A stretch of 45,436 nt of DNA, the filler included, from Catajapyx aquilonaris (lineage: Eukaryota): the NCBI GenBank assembly GCA_000934665.2. It is 2 parts of 2 records of this genome, joined end to end, with 100 filler letters (N's around TTAATTAATTAA, not from the genome) between each part and the next. Parts side by side here need not be neighbours in the genome. Positions count along the whole stretch, not along the records: positions 1 to 22,682 come from JYFJ02005833.1; 1 more part is not named here. One strand, 5' to 3'. Positions 1 through 14,225 of the stretch are shown here, in pieces. Each line of letters opens with the position of its first letter. The stretch's first letter is position 1. Below the pieces are notes generated by a model, which was not told the DNA's origin, did no database searches, and saw only the letters and a program-made list of their open reading frames with translations. The translations under genes were made by a program, and so were the position numbers.

Positions 1-3000
1 GTGCAGCAGCGCAGGTTGGAGAATATGCATAAATCACATGCAGCAAAGGCGCAGGTCCCGCTTTTGCTGCCTATAATAGCCTGGCGACGACCTTTCATGG
101 AGGCTACTGCTGGACCGGGATGCAAATTTATTTCTCTGGACCATCCTTGTCGTATAGGTATACCCGGGGCCGGAATGGAGTGGGGAGGGAGGGAGGAGGC
201 GGTGAGGTTGGAAACTTTGCAAGCGGGCTTTGTTTATGAAACTAATCCGGCGTTGGAATGCACTGGATGGACAGAGATGACAATTTGCATGCCTAACCCT
301 GGCGCAAGGCACAAGTTGGTGGTGGTGTGCTGTCGTTTATCTCAGCTATGCAAATCGTTCCCTATCTTTTCATTGTGTGCAATGTAGTACTGGGTTGCTA
401 TTATCATTAGGGATACAGTACTTTTCTGGTGTAGGTTGGCCGCAATTCACAAATGAGGCAAATTATGCAGATGAGTTAAAAGGGTGCAAAAGTGATTTTT
501 AAATATAAATAAATATGATAAAAAGACATTTTTAGCTAGCTTACCACGGGTGGGAAGAAAGTGAAGGACATAACTGTCCCGCATTGCATATATAGAAATC
601 CAATCGACAGAATTTGTTAATAAAATTAATGTGCTCTCAGTTTTAATTTCTCGAATATTTTTGCAACTATTCACTTGCATACCACCTGTCTTGTTGTGGA
701 CTACTACCTGCAACGTAACACTTATTATTTATTTGCATATTGGTATTTGTGTTTTTGTGATATTCTTTACGGTTAGAGCTTACACTATCGTCTGTTTTAT
801 TGCTCAGTGCCAACCTGATTGCCGTGTGCATAACTTCTGCGACGAGTAACATTGGCAACCCTGAGATTCACGCCTTTCGGAAACGCAGTAATTACATTGA
901 GTCAATGCTGGGTAATCTGCCCGGATTCATTCCTGCTCCTCCTACCCCGAAATATCCACTTTAATCACTTATAAGTTTTTGTTTTTACAGCGAAAACTTG
1001 GGTGATGCGTATAAACAACTCACAAAATGGAGTTATCATTTACAAGTGGAGTGACAGGCTGTTGTGACTCATTCGGTATATATACTGTATAACATACTGT
1101 GTCACAGAAGTATATGCTTTAAATAATATTCCTTCTAAGTCTTATTTGGGGTATATAGGGAACAATACGGTGCATTATTTCACCAATATACAGTAGCCTA
1201 TATTATTATTGTATGAAGCTTAATCGCAGTTTATATATTATTTTATAGTATAGATTGTTTAATTTTAGCTCATGCTTGTGATTATCTTCCGTCTACTTCA
1301 ACACTGGCTACCTTAATGTGGAAATGCATGTATGTATATCATTTTAAATTGCACGCTGTAGATTTATTTTCCTACCTGGGAAGCGGGAAAAGGTGCGCCA
1401 TGTATACAAGAGTTGATAATGAAGATGGAAATATTCGTAGTTTTTCTGAATGACGCGTTTTGTATAAAGGATGTCATTATGGTTAATATTCACTTCATCC
1501 AGTTTGTTTGTTTTGATCACATAAGCAGCGATATCTTTGGCCAACCAAACAGAATTTTTTAATGAGGGAGCACAATAGTAATAAATATTAGCTGTTGTTT
1601 GTACTCACTTGTCAGCATTTGATTTTTAATTAGACTCCTCGTTTTACGTACGGTAAAAAATGTAAAATACACTTTATTTTGTAGAGAAAATGGGAATATT
1701 GTGGACTGATAGCCCTATTGTTAAGAACACAGTCTAACATTGTTGCAAATTCTTAAGCACCGCAATTTATTTTTATACGCATATGCTACGAGGAGAGAGC
1801 CTGTAATGGGTAGTGTAGGTTATTATAACGAAGCCGCGTAATGTGGTTATTAAGCAATTAGTGCTAAACAGGTGCATATTTGCAGACTCTCTGACCACAC
1901 AAGTTTGGTCTTGGTTCTCAAGTATGGAGTAGTATATAATTATATCATTGAGCTCGACTGATGCTGGACTCCACATCATTCTGCCTAGCCAAAGGAAAGT
2001 TTGCACTCCAACTAATCAAGCTGACATTGCAGTTGTCGTAGCATCACGAATCTCCGCCTGAAGCATTTTTGAAAAGGCAGATCTGAATGACAGGAATCCT
2101 AAAATTGGAGGTCGATATTCGGCATCTTTAAGCAGTTTGATAGGAGTTGACACGACTCGTATAAATTTTATTGGCACTAACGTACATAATTTCCAATTAG
2201 TTTTGCGCCAGTAGATTGAGGCAGTGGATGTAGCTCAGGTTAGAGTAGTAGCGGCTTTGCAGCACTTTCAAATAGCATTTAATGACACCTAAAGGGAGGC
2301 GGCTTAGTTGCGAATGAAACGCCTCCTGTTGCCAGCTGCAGTAAACACGTCTCCCGTTTTACTTTGTACCTTCTGGAACGGCGTGCACAAAGCGGTAAGG
2401 CAACAACTTTCCGGTTATCAATAACCAATAATATTTTTCCAATATTTATTTTATATTTTTTTTGCTGTTGCTGCGAGTCTGTATCAAAGTGGAATAAATC
2501 CATAAATGCGATGAGGCGATTGATGATCTGTCGGTGGATGCTGCTGTTATATCAGGAGTCAAGGCTGCGAGTTATTTCCTATATGCACGTCAACTATTCA
2601 ATACGTCGTCCTCTTTGGCATGGAAGCACCGATTTAACGCCTATTGAAATTCGTTTATTAAATGATCCGTAGGCCTTTAGTTGCACAATAAGCAAGGTAT
2701 ATATTTCCCGTGCGAAGCGGCATGCACACGCAGGAGATGATCGAATATTTGGAACTCAAAAGCAATTTCATTCGCATCTTCGGTGTTGAAAAAGTCATTT
2801 TTTTTTCTTAGTAGAGGACAAGCCTCCGTGCCCTTTTCTGGGCTGTACAATAGCAAAGGTGTGCCTATTCAGGATCGGCATTTTCCATCATCTCTGCCTG
2901 CTGAGTACTATCAAGCCGTTCTGGAGCCATGTCAGCTGCTTTATCCCTTTAACTATTTTACCAGCTTACAACACAGGAACAATACTCCTCTTATTGGCGC

Positions 3001-3507
3001 TGTCGTAATTGATTCCCATTATTTTCCGCCGCGCGGGAATAGTAATGTGATTTTCTCTAATAGGCGCGTTTTCCTGCAGAGGAGTCACATTGTCACAATG
3101 TATGCGGATGATGTCGGTTGTTTAAACGGGGGGNGGGGGGGGGGGGGGGGGGAAAGGACTGTGGTTGAGTGTCATTGTAGGTGATTGGCAGGGAACATCG
3201 CTCCCATCGGGAAGATACATGTGGTACTTGCATCATGTTTATAGCTATATGATGATATACAGGTTAGTCTGTACTATAAGAATGGACTCCTATCAAATTG
3301 TTGTGATATAAACTCGGGAGCGCTATAAATGGACCAAAATGGGAAATAAACTCTTCCACTATAAATGACACGTTTTTTGAAATGTTAACGGTCGCCAAAT
3401 ATTTTCCCTTTCAAAATAGGCGAAAGGGCTTTGGTCTGGAGAAAGGCAGGCAATAGCGCTTGGGCTTTGATGTCAAACGTCCGGACCGCGTTCGGGGCGC
3501 AAGGGCG

Positions 3508-3537
3508 AAAAATAAAAATAAAAATAAAAATAAAAAT
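3508..3537. repeat. (AAAAAT)5 microsatellite
   Basis: Direct reading; it gives the spurious KIKIKIK ORF translation. Confidence 0.85.
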
Positions 3538-6500
3538 AGGATGGGTGGAGACCTTTCACCAACTTTCGCCCAATACCGGGAGGACCGAATTAGATTTGGT
3601 TAGAAGAAGTGGGCTCGTAAAGACCTACTTATAGACTTTATGCCAAGTTCCAGGAAAGGTTTGTAGCCAGACTTGTTTATGTTAGTCCTATGAATTATGT
3701 GTCCGGAGTTCATAAAATAATGTTACAACTGCGTCACTTTAGATTACTGACCATCAGCAGAGAAAATTAACAGCCTGATTTTCAAATGTCGATAAAATAT
3801 TTTTGACTTTTAATTGTCATAAAATTTGGTATCAGTTAAGAGTTTGATTTAAAATTAAAATTGTACGAAATTAATCCAATTAGGACGTTAGTACACGGTG
3901 CCATTTTGAATAGTAAAACACTTATACTGGTGTCAACCAACATATGCCCTTTTGTGAGGGGAGTGGGGAGAGCTATATTTCCTAACGGTGCATGACGTGA
4001 TGGGACAGAGGGACTCAAAAATCCTTTAAAAAAATCAGTGCCACGTCCTTAATGTATGGCCCCTATTAAATGTAATGGCCGATGCCGACCCAGTAGCTTA
4101 CTTTAGGTTGAAGTCATCCATATAGAGCCTCTTATGGGGCGACTAAAACTTTCAAAACCGGCCTTTTTTCATTTGTACTGCACCATACATGCAGTAGTAG
4201 GTCCTTCCCCTCCCCCCCCCCCTCCCGTTGTGCAACAGAGGGCCAAATCAAATTTGCCACCCGTTCCTTCCCTTTTCTGCCTTTTTTGTACCCGCCCCCA
4301 CCCCTTACTATAGTTCTATACCCCGCTCACAGTCTCCCAAGTGAAGTGCCGCGCCGTCAACTCTAAGTAACGAAATTGAGCTTGGCGACGCGACGGCACG
4401 CGTTACATAGGCAGCCAAAAGCCCTTCTTTTGCCCACTTTTAGAGCATCTTCGGCCGCTGGCCTTCGCCTTTTTTTACAGCCTCCAATGCCCAGAGGTAC
4501 CTCGAAAAAAATTTTTTTTTTGCTGGTTAGCTCGTAGAAAATATGGGAGGCCTAAGGAAGAAGAGTCACATGGGAGATTTAGGTCTAAGACTGCGTCCTG
4601 CAGCAGCACTGTAAAGAGCTGGGAGTCTCGTCGAGCTGGCCAATCAAAGAGATGGGATGCCCCCTGATGGACCCTTCACAAATTTATGGGAACGGTGAAA
4701 CTTTTAAAGGTCCCCGCAGGTGTGCTGAGAGAGTCGCCATCGTGACAGGCTAGAGTGAGTTCCTAATTTTCAGCTAAGATTATCTTACTGGTTGCTTCAA
4801 GTTACCTACATTCTTGTTTGCATAAATAAATATTTATTTATTATGCAAATATTTCAAATTTGTCCACTGCTTGGCACAAATTTGAAATGTGTATTTATGC
4901 ACTTTTAAATCAAAATTTAATTTACCGCATAGTATGCATATAGTGGTATGGTGCCGAAATAAAGATGTATGACTTTTGGTCTGCCTTGAGCCTAACAGCA
5001 AACCATTAAATTTTATAAGCGAGCAGTTCCTCTTGGCAAATTCCACAGCTTAGCGACTTTTTGGCCTGAGCTCGTGTCACCACAATCAATATGAAAGAAG
5101 AAACAAAAAAAAAACGTCACGCAAGAATTCCTCCCCGCCTCCTCCTCCCCCTTCTCTGCTCTCCACTCCTCTCACCCCCGCATTTTCTCCATTTCCTTTT
5201 TTTTTCTCTCGCTGGCGACTCTGGCATGCTCGCAACTCTGCCGTTTTCACTCGCCACAATTTCCTTCCCATTGCTCCCTCCGCATTATTTTTGCACAGCA
5301 GCAGGCCCACGCCAACATTGGAGCATAACAATAAGTCAGTTTCCGGACTGTAAGGAAAAGAAGGGGAGGAGGAGAGGGAAGGAGGGGGGGGGGAAGAAAG
5401 AATCCTTTCCCTTCTTCTACTATTGACTCTCCTCTGCCGCTCTCTCAGGACGCAGTTTGTCTCTATCACTGAATTCTATTACTTTTCCCTCCCCCTCCTT
5501 ACCCCCTTCTCCTTTCCACTCGCAAACTCCAAGGCGTCTGCGTTTAAATTCTTTCTGTTAGTGCGGAACTGCAAAGTTCCTCTCTAGACGATGAAGGGTA
5601 GGTTTGGGTGGGTGGGAGGGAGAAGGAAGTGTTTGGATTCCTCGACATGGACTCCATTTTCCTGTTGTTATTCCACATTCTTGGGCCGAGCCCCAGGCCT
5701 TGTCAGAATGTGTCCCCCTGTACGGCCAGCATGCATCTGGCCGAAGGGGCTGTTTGTTTGATGCCAGCTGCCATCTCTCGGCACTTTTCAGTTTCAGGCA
5801 GCTCTTTTTTTTAGGGGGGATGGGGTGGGGGGTTTGAATTTATGGGGGGTGTTTTGTTCGAGGCGTTTTATGAATCAAGGTTGCTTTTTTCTATAGGCAC
5901 ACCATGTAGTTTGGAGCTACAATTTTTGTAAGGGGATAGTCGTATGAATGTTGCTAAGTTTAATATTTAATGTCGAGTTATTTGAAATGCACCTTTGAAG
6001 TATGTGTGGGATGTTTCAACAAGGGTAATTTCAATTAAAGCTAAGCACATGGAAACATGGCTATTAAAACTGTTACAATAGAGTACTAATGTATGTAAAT
6101 AGTAGGCTGAAATTTTTTGCACTAGAGTCATTACCTTAGAATAGTGAAAAGCTTTTACTTACATATGAGGTGACCACATATGTCTAGAACATAGGCCTTT
6201 CTAAATGCGATATTAGTAATGCAAATTCTGGACCTACTTATGCTTATAATAGCAGCTGGTATCATGGTTACTTTCATATTTAAAATTGCTATTTGACGTC
6301 ATTGTTAAAACATATAGTTAGGCATATGACAACTTGTATGTTCATAAGGCTAAGTTATGCAGAACAATTTAGGTGTTTAATTCCAATCAAATATTCAGAC
6401 AAAACACATTTCGGCAATTTTTCTACAACTTTTAGTATAGGAAATCTCCGAATTCAGAACTCTCCTCCTGTGTATTCAGAGACTGCTGCCAGCGATAGAA

Positions 6501-8442
6501 GCAATGTAAAATATATTAATTATTGTAATCGCAGTATTTAGCCCCTGTCAGTTATGTAACAAATGTCATGGGAACCCATAATAATTGATATTGGCCTAAG
6601 CTTGGCATATGTTACACCATACTCCACTGGATATCCATACGTTGTAAAAAAAATCACATGTATCGCAAATAGTGTTTTAATTGATACGTCAGTGAAGTGG
6701 TTAGAAATTTTTTGATAAGTTTAATTTCTTTTTTTTTAAAAAAAACTAGATTGTTACATCCAACATTTACTCTTCGGAGCTATCGAAACTTGATCGCTTA
6801 ATAGAGATTCAATAGACGCATTCATTTTAGGTCATGAATTAAATTAGGTTACCAACTTAAGATTGCGAATGACTTATTTTGATCATCGGGCACCTCAGGC
6901 CAATATTTAACACACATTTAGCAGCCTAGATATTTTATTAATGAAAAAGTATGCCTCTTCAACCTACATTAGCAGCTAATATTCTGGATAATCTCTAATA
7001 TAAATAGTAACCATTTCAAAGTGTCGGGTAAAAAAACAAGCGGAATATGAAGGAAAAATTGTTAACCACTATACGGACCCTTGAACTGGAAAGCACGTAG
7101 TCACTCGAGTTGTTTGCCACTTCGTTTTAAAACATACACTTGATTAATCAATTACATAAGAAAGTATTGGAACCTAATCGGCCTATGGGTCATTACACGA
7201 CAAGAGTTCAACCTATTCCTGTTTATGCGGAGCTGCCATCTTTTCGGTATTCTTGGAAGTAACGTTCAAGCGGTTTCATCCTGGCAGTTAGATAACCCAT
7301 CAGCTACCTCCATTCACCAGGAAGCTTGCATTACAGGGGCAATCTTGTACAGGCTAGACAAATATTTCAGTACCACTTGTGAAGTTGATTGCTATGTTGT
7401 TGTATGGTTTTCCGAATTAGGCTTAGACAGCATTTGTAAAATAATCCGTTTAGTTTCACATATGGACGTTTGACCATATGGGTTCGGTTTTGGCGAAAGA
7501 AGAGATATTTAAAACTGGTAATGGGGGTTGCGTATCCTCTAGGATACCTCTGAAAAATTACCTATAATTCAACCCGCACCTCGTCAAATCTACTTAACCA
7601 GTAATTCCATATCATTAACGTATTTTGCATTATATGAAGGCTTCTAGTATTCAAATGGTGAAGTATGAAATTACGGAAAAGTCTTGCTGAGTGAGTTTTA
7701 TGGGCCAATTCATGGATTTATTTCTCTTGCATTTGTTAATCACAGCACGTTTTTAAAACTTTCCGTCAGATTTACCAACAACGAGATACAGTGAAACCTG
7801 CTTATAGCGGAATCACTCTGACCTTGAAAACTTTCCGCAGTGCACAGGTGTCCGTTAAACAGAATAAAACAGATATGGCCTAAAAATTCTTCGCCAGTAC
7901 AAATCTTCCAGGTTGATAATGTTTTTTGCTCGATCCCGAGTCCGTTATATATAGAGAAGCTATCTTTAGACTGAAGCTTTGATGAGGTGCAATCGGAGTT
8001 CCATTCATATGTGCAGATGGAAAACAGGACACGAAAGTACGAAATGTCTGCCTGCATGTGGGGCAAATGGTGCGTGTGTTAGTGTCTTGCCGAGCCACCA
8101 TAGTAATATGAATTACCGCGTTTTCAGAGGAGATGCTACATTATAGTTACAGGAATTATGGCAACAGTGCAGTTCTACTTGAGTTATTATAACAGATGTA
8201 CACCATAAAATGACACTATATGATAACTACTGAGTCATTCAAAAATAATCAAATTATTGTTGATCCTATCTTAATCGCTATTAATTTTATTTTCTACTAA
8301 TATTCTCACAACTTCAATCCAACTAAAGTACATCGCGTCCATTACGTCTTAGCGACCTGAATTATAATCCCTTGAGGAAGGTGATAATTCAAATCCATTG
8401 TCAACAATAGCCTAGATACCTTATCTGCAATTAAAATAGCTC

Positions 8443-8496
<54 letters not shown>
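8443..8496. repeat. (AAT)18 microsatellite
   Basis: Perfect trinucleotide run read directly. Confidence 0.95.
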
Positions 8497-8497
<1 letters not shown>

Positions 8498-10633
8498 GAT
8501 CCGGGCCGTTAGTCAAGTCGTGAGAGAGAAGCCCCTCGGAGATAGATAGAGCGCGTATATAGTGTATCAGTGGGGTGTGGTTGTTGGCGCAGCAGCAGCG
8601 TCAAGAGAGTCCAGGAGAGTTAGAAGGCGGATCCTGGCCATTATTTTCTGGCGAGGAGGCAGGTCAGCCCCCTGGGCTGTGGAGATGGCACCCAAGACGC
8701 TCCGTATAATGGAGATCCGGCCTCGGCTAGAGAGGTGGGAGGAAGAAAGCGAAGAATTGAGGGGGGCGGGAGGGAAAGAGGGAGGAAAGAGGAGGGAGAA
8801 AAGGAAAAGGCCAGAGGAGAAGAAGTAACGTTGGCCTGGTCTGGCAGCCTCTAGTTCCGTTGGTGCCAAGAGACGGATAGCGCCCGAGCCTAATGGACTT
8901 CATCTGTCTTGGGGAATGGAGGAGGACTGGTTCCCCCAGCGCCTCGCAACGGACACGCTTGTAATGAGCTTTCCAGAAAATAGGGACCAGTAAATCCGGA
9001 ATTCACCCTTAGGAAGAATTGTACTCTTTAGCATTAACGCCCGATATAAATGCGCCTGCCAAGGATTGTGAGTTGTGGCCATGCTGCTTGTCTCACAAAT
9101 ATTTGTCGCAGGTGCTTTAATGCTCCACATTTCCGAATATGTGGATCCAATAGGACAGTGAGCACCAATTATGAGTAGCTACTTTTATATCAAATGAAAA
9201 CCTCACGTTTTGCAACACTGTGTTAGCATATGTCACGAGGCTGCTTTGAGACAAGATCCGTCTAATTTTTGCTCTTTGAGATTCAGCCGAGGAGATGTGA
9301 TTGGCAAAATCGGGAGGGCTTGAAAATAAGGAACCTGCCCCATATATATATATAGAGAGAGAGAGCTTCTCTAAGTTAATTTGGAAGCGGAAGTTAAAAA
9401 TCCTGTTCGCTGCTACGACTTTTCCGAAATCATGCCATTGCAAGGCAGCGAAACACAATGAAGCATTAAATAAGACCTGGAGCTTATGCCCCCCCCCCCA
9501 CACCCAANCAAAAAAAAGGCAATTTAAAAGTAAGGAATATGTCAGACTGGTCTGGAGACAAGCACATCAGACTAATACAAGAGGGACTGGCACTTCATTT
9601 TCCACAAACATATAGGGTTGGGTGTTCCATTTGAAGCTGCCTTTGCCGAGCTGAGACTAGCTAACCCTGCTGGCTTGGCAGCAATTTTTAGGGGCAGGTA
9701 CGTCTTAACTGGGAAGGGGATGGGAAGTGCCATAAATTGGAGTGGATTGGGGATCGAAGGAAGGTAATCTGATTTTCCTGGCCGGAGTAACGCCTTGGGC
9801 CGAAATTAACGGACGAAAGGAAAATTGTCCTTTTTTTTTTTTCCTCCACTCGCCGCTCGTGATGAATTGAAAGTCTCCAATGGAAATAAAATTAATCCAC
9901 TTTTCATTGGGACGGCGATACGGATGTCACGTGAGATGGTGAGAAAGGGGAAAAAAAGGGGGGGGGGGGGNGAGAGTCCACATCCTTACACTTCCTGGAT
10001 CTTCCTTAATCAAGCCAATTAGATATTAATCCCACTACTTCCAAGCCAATTTTCACATGCGAATTACGCCAAAAAGGTGAGGGACGAAGCAAAATGTGGC
10101 ATCCGGCCGTGATGAAAATATTGGTCTTATGCATAGTCATAATTATGGAAGTCATATTTTGGCGAGACGGGATGATGGGCTTTTCGGTATTGATTCCTAG
10201 GTTGGTTTAGTGACACAGGTTGGTGTGCTGTAACATGGAGGAAAATTTGGTTATACAGTATACGCCGTTGCACATTAGTGTTGTTGTCATAAATGGGAAA
10301 GAATCCAATAATGCAAAACTTTAGCACAAATACTGAGGTGATGGGTCATATCTTTTTCTACTGGTGTGAACCACTTAATAAGCCTCGGCACTGGTCACCA
10401 ACAGACGCCCGAAAAAACAGGTTTAGGAGGTTGCGCATGTCAAAGCCTGTTTAACCTGTTATGTATTATGCACTCTCGAACCAGGAAGACGTGCTGCTTG
10501 ACGTTCAGGTTATGGCTTAGTCGGCAGGTTAAAATAACATCTGTTACGTTGATTTTAAACTTCCATGTAACATGCAAGATGATATCTGAAATTATAATCC
10601 GTGAATAGCGAAAAGCTAATCTTAGCTCATTTG

Positions 10634-10781
10634 TACTATGGAGCTCAAATGGTTTTGGCTACTTTATCCTAGTCTTGAAGCAACCCTTCACACACACACA
10701 CACCTCCTCACCGTGGGGCCTGTGTGAAAGGTTGCTTCAAGACCAGGATAAAGTGGCCAAAACTATTTGAGCCCCATAGTA
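10634..10781. repeat. Long inverted repeat (~60-bp arms) with a (CA)n-containing loop
   Basis: TACTATGGAGCTCAAATGGTTTTGGCTACTTTATCCTAGTCTTGAAGCAACCCTTCACACA pairs with TGTGTGAAAGGTTGCTTCAAGACCAGGATAAAGTGGCCAAAACTATTTGAGCCCCATAGTA, with 5 transition differences. Confidence 0.85.
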
Positions 10782-13749
10782 TACATATGAAACCGACTTA
10801 AACATCACAAAGTACCTGTCGAGGACTATACTAAACAATGCCGAACTCAATTTGGACCCAAATGTGACTCTTATCATTCTTCATTTCATGTTTTCAAGTA
10901 AAATCAAACTTATAAAATTTTTTGCTTGTGTATACGGACACATTAAGATGATTTTTTACCTAAACCTATAAGAACCTATGTATTGTAACGTTTACAAAAA
11001 TATTTTGCCTGTGTTTGTTAAGCCACATCTTAGGAACATTTTCGATTCTTGAAACAATAAAGACCCTACGATAAATAACTGCATAGGAGCCTATGCAACT
11101 GAGCATTCTCATAATGTGCACACTATCAAATATATTATAAAATATACCGTGTGATCCAATAAAACAGGAACACTCCTTGTAGAATTATGCCTCTTGAACT
11201 GTGTTCCATAAGCAAAAGGTATTAGGTTACTTAAAGTAGATTAAAATAACTGCTACGTTTTGCACCCGATGTTTTCCGCTCATGATATTTTATTCAACTT
11301 CTATATGGACCAGAAATAGGTGTGCTGGGGACAGGCACTTCAATTATATACATCCCTATGCTCACTCAAATTTAGGATTACATACATCAGGCCCAACAAA
11401 TCATTTAACTTGGGTTAATAGAAGGCAATATGTATGAATGGTAAGTAATTATCTGTAAAATGTCGCACACCGAGGCTCAGTGCCACTAACGTAACCTTTG
11501 CAGCCAGTCTGCATCACAAATTATCGTAGCCTATAAAATGCCCACAGATGTCATGGGTGCACGTCCACATTAGTTGCACAATGTATTTAAGGCCGGGTTG
11601 CACCGGCTCCCGGAAAATTTGTCTGGCCGAAAAAGAGCCAGGATAGTTTGTTATTCATTATTGACAGAATTGTTGACAACAATGAATAACAAACTATCCT
11701 GTTTCTTTTTCGGCCAGACAAAAAAATAATCAGGTCAAACTGCCTTGCAAGCGTTAAAAAGGATGGATCCACGCCTCTAATGTGTTGACAACCAGTACGA
11801 GTAACTGCTTCAAAATTAGCAGCTTAGTGCTTAAAAATCATTAACCACCAATATCAAGTCAGTGTAAGAACACGCGATATGCTGTTTCATATAAAAATGT
11901 TGCAAATATACCTGAATATTAAAATGACAAATTTTAAAATATTGAAACAAGTGTTGAATGGTGAAATAAATTTTTATTAATAGAGAGCTATCTGCTGAAA
12001 TGTCACTGGGGAATTGTTACGGAATATTGCACTGAGGAGAAAATAATGGTTGTCGAAAAGAGCCTATAAGATATTATTCACTAAGTGTGTGTGCAGCGAA
12101 TGTCATATGCCAGTGGCTGTAGCTTCTCGTTTTCTCAGCTCTGCATACGAAACTGAGATGAAGTCGGTGTGTTCGCAGTGGTATGGCCCTTGGCTGAAAC
12201 ATAGTAGTTCAAATCTTGTGGTGTTGTCTCATTTCCCCCACCGTACCTGCTGCACGCCTATCCTACCTTCCCCATTTCCAAGGATAAAACCAGCAAATTG
12301 CTCATTACACTAGACTGTAACTAACCTAACTGTAGGGCATTCCGTTCGGCAGGTGGCTCTCTCTGCCTTCTCCGCACGTTTTCAAATCTTCTTCCATCTG
12401 ATTCCTTCCAGCAGTACATGCATGGGGTAAGCCTGTGAAAGTATAAACATGTGGATATAATTGAATCATACACATTTTATTGCGTATGCGGATATTGTCA
12501 TAGCTTATGAAGTATAATTGCCAATATTGGTGTAGGATAGAAGTGGGTTGTTAGCGCTATATATTTTGCATGGGACTTGTATGCAAATAAATAGATGAGG
12601 ATCTACACCTTTCTGTTAGTCCATAATATCCAACATGGCGCTCCTCGGTTTAGAACGGGACTCAGTACCGCGAATAAAGGACCGTAAATTATTTATCGGC
12701 GTCCGCTGGTAAATGTGAAGGAGCTTGGGGCAATGAATGGACAATTTTGGAGGTAATTACGCTGACAGATAATGCAGTATTTGGCTAACACTTTTGCGAG
12801 TGGCCTACTAAAAGGAATCGTGTCCAATAAAATCTGTACATACACAAACAGCCTGCTTGTTGTTCAGTGAGATCGATACTTTATATAGGTATAAATCTGA
12901 AATATACATTATTTAATTGTAAAAATTTGGAGAACGCTATAAGGTGGCATGTTTTTAAAATATCAAATATTCGCACCCAGTGTTGCAGTGTGTTTCGTAT
13001 CATCTTGAAAAAAAATTACCGTAGCGATAATTTTAACTTCATTTCCTTACGCTCGAAAGAAGAAAATAGATGTTCACCAATGCGAATTACAAACACTACT
13101 CAGGTGTTAATTACTTGGAATATTCCCATCTTCCACAGGAGCTGGTGTATTTAATCCTGCTTCGAGTAATTGGAGGTTTTAAGCTTAATGTGCAAGTTTA
13201 GATTTCATGGCTTGATGCAATCTTCCACATTAATTTCGAACTGATCATATTAGAAATTCTGGGAAGTTGCTGGAAGTGTAGCTTCGATGGAAATGTGATA
13301 TCTTTATACGACGACGTACTTCACGAATTTACCCCCCCCCCCCCCAAAGAACAGATTTTTATATAGGAGGGGCATTTCCGGAATAAATGCTATGATGCCT
13401 TTGTGAGAAGTGGTGTGGTAATCGCCAGAAATCTGGTTCACAATGAGGAGGAAAAGAGTAAGAAATAAGTTGGCCCCAGGCCTCAATTCCTGTGGGGAGA
13501 AGCAGGAGGGGCTTTCTGCCGAATTTCTCCCACCCATCGTGAGGAAAGGAATGCACTTTCTGTCCTTCAACTTCCTCCTCAATATTCCTTCCGCAGAGAA
13601 GTGCCCATCACGAGAGTTATCTCGTGGAGCTGCAATATGCTGCAACTGTAGCAAAACTAAGCATGCGTCTGACATTTGTAACAAAGGGCCAGCAGCAGGA
13701 AGTTGGCAGTGCTCCTTGCCTTCAGTGAGAATTAATATCACTTTTGAAG

Positions 13750-14225
13750 TACAGGGTGTCACGAATGCATTTTAAAAATCGGTTCAGATTTGTTCAGTAT
13801 GACTGGATATAAGTTTTGATTTGTATTATTAGAAGTCATTAAAAATTGCATATGTACAGACCAACGTGCTGACGTATGTGGAAATATATGGAGTGTCAGG
13901 CAAAACCAATATCATATCGCATTGCTTCACTTCATCTGGCACCCCGCAGATTTCTCCCATATACGTCAACAAAAGGATCGGGTCAACATAATTATATGCA
14001 ATCATAGAATTGCTGTAACCTTTCAATTGTTAGTTGTATTGTTGAAAGTTGATATTGGAACGTCGCGTCGGTGCCCTATTCTACTGGAGGATATTCTAAG
14101 TGGAGGATATTCAGGACGCCATCATGCGCTGGCCTCTGGCGGTGAGAGTCAGAAGCCGTCAGAGGCGTAATATGTTGTGAAATATGTGAAAGAAATTTCA
14201 ATATTTTGCGTGGACACCCTGTGTA
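13750..14225. mobile_element. Degraded Tc1/mariner-like non-autonomous element
   Basis: Left TACAGGGTGTCACG and right CGTGGACACCCTGTGTA form an imperfect inverted pair with TA-CAGGGTGTC mariner-type ends. No ORF. Confidence 0.45.

Noticed and set aside
846..862. X-box-like GTAACATTGGCAAC
   Set aside because: Isolated, not near a gene, and overlapping TGGCAACCCTG, which is equally explained as a transposon-end-like motif.
2226..2246. tRNA A-box-like GGATGTAGCTCAGGTTAGAG
   Set aside because: No B-box or cloverleaf follows; at most a SINE fragment.
3129..3152. G/C homopolymer runs (also about 9955-9971 and 22295-22333) as G-quadruplex elements
   Set aside because: They contain or abut N calls, so lengths are unreliable and nothing supports a function.
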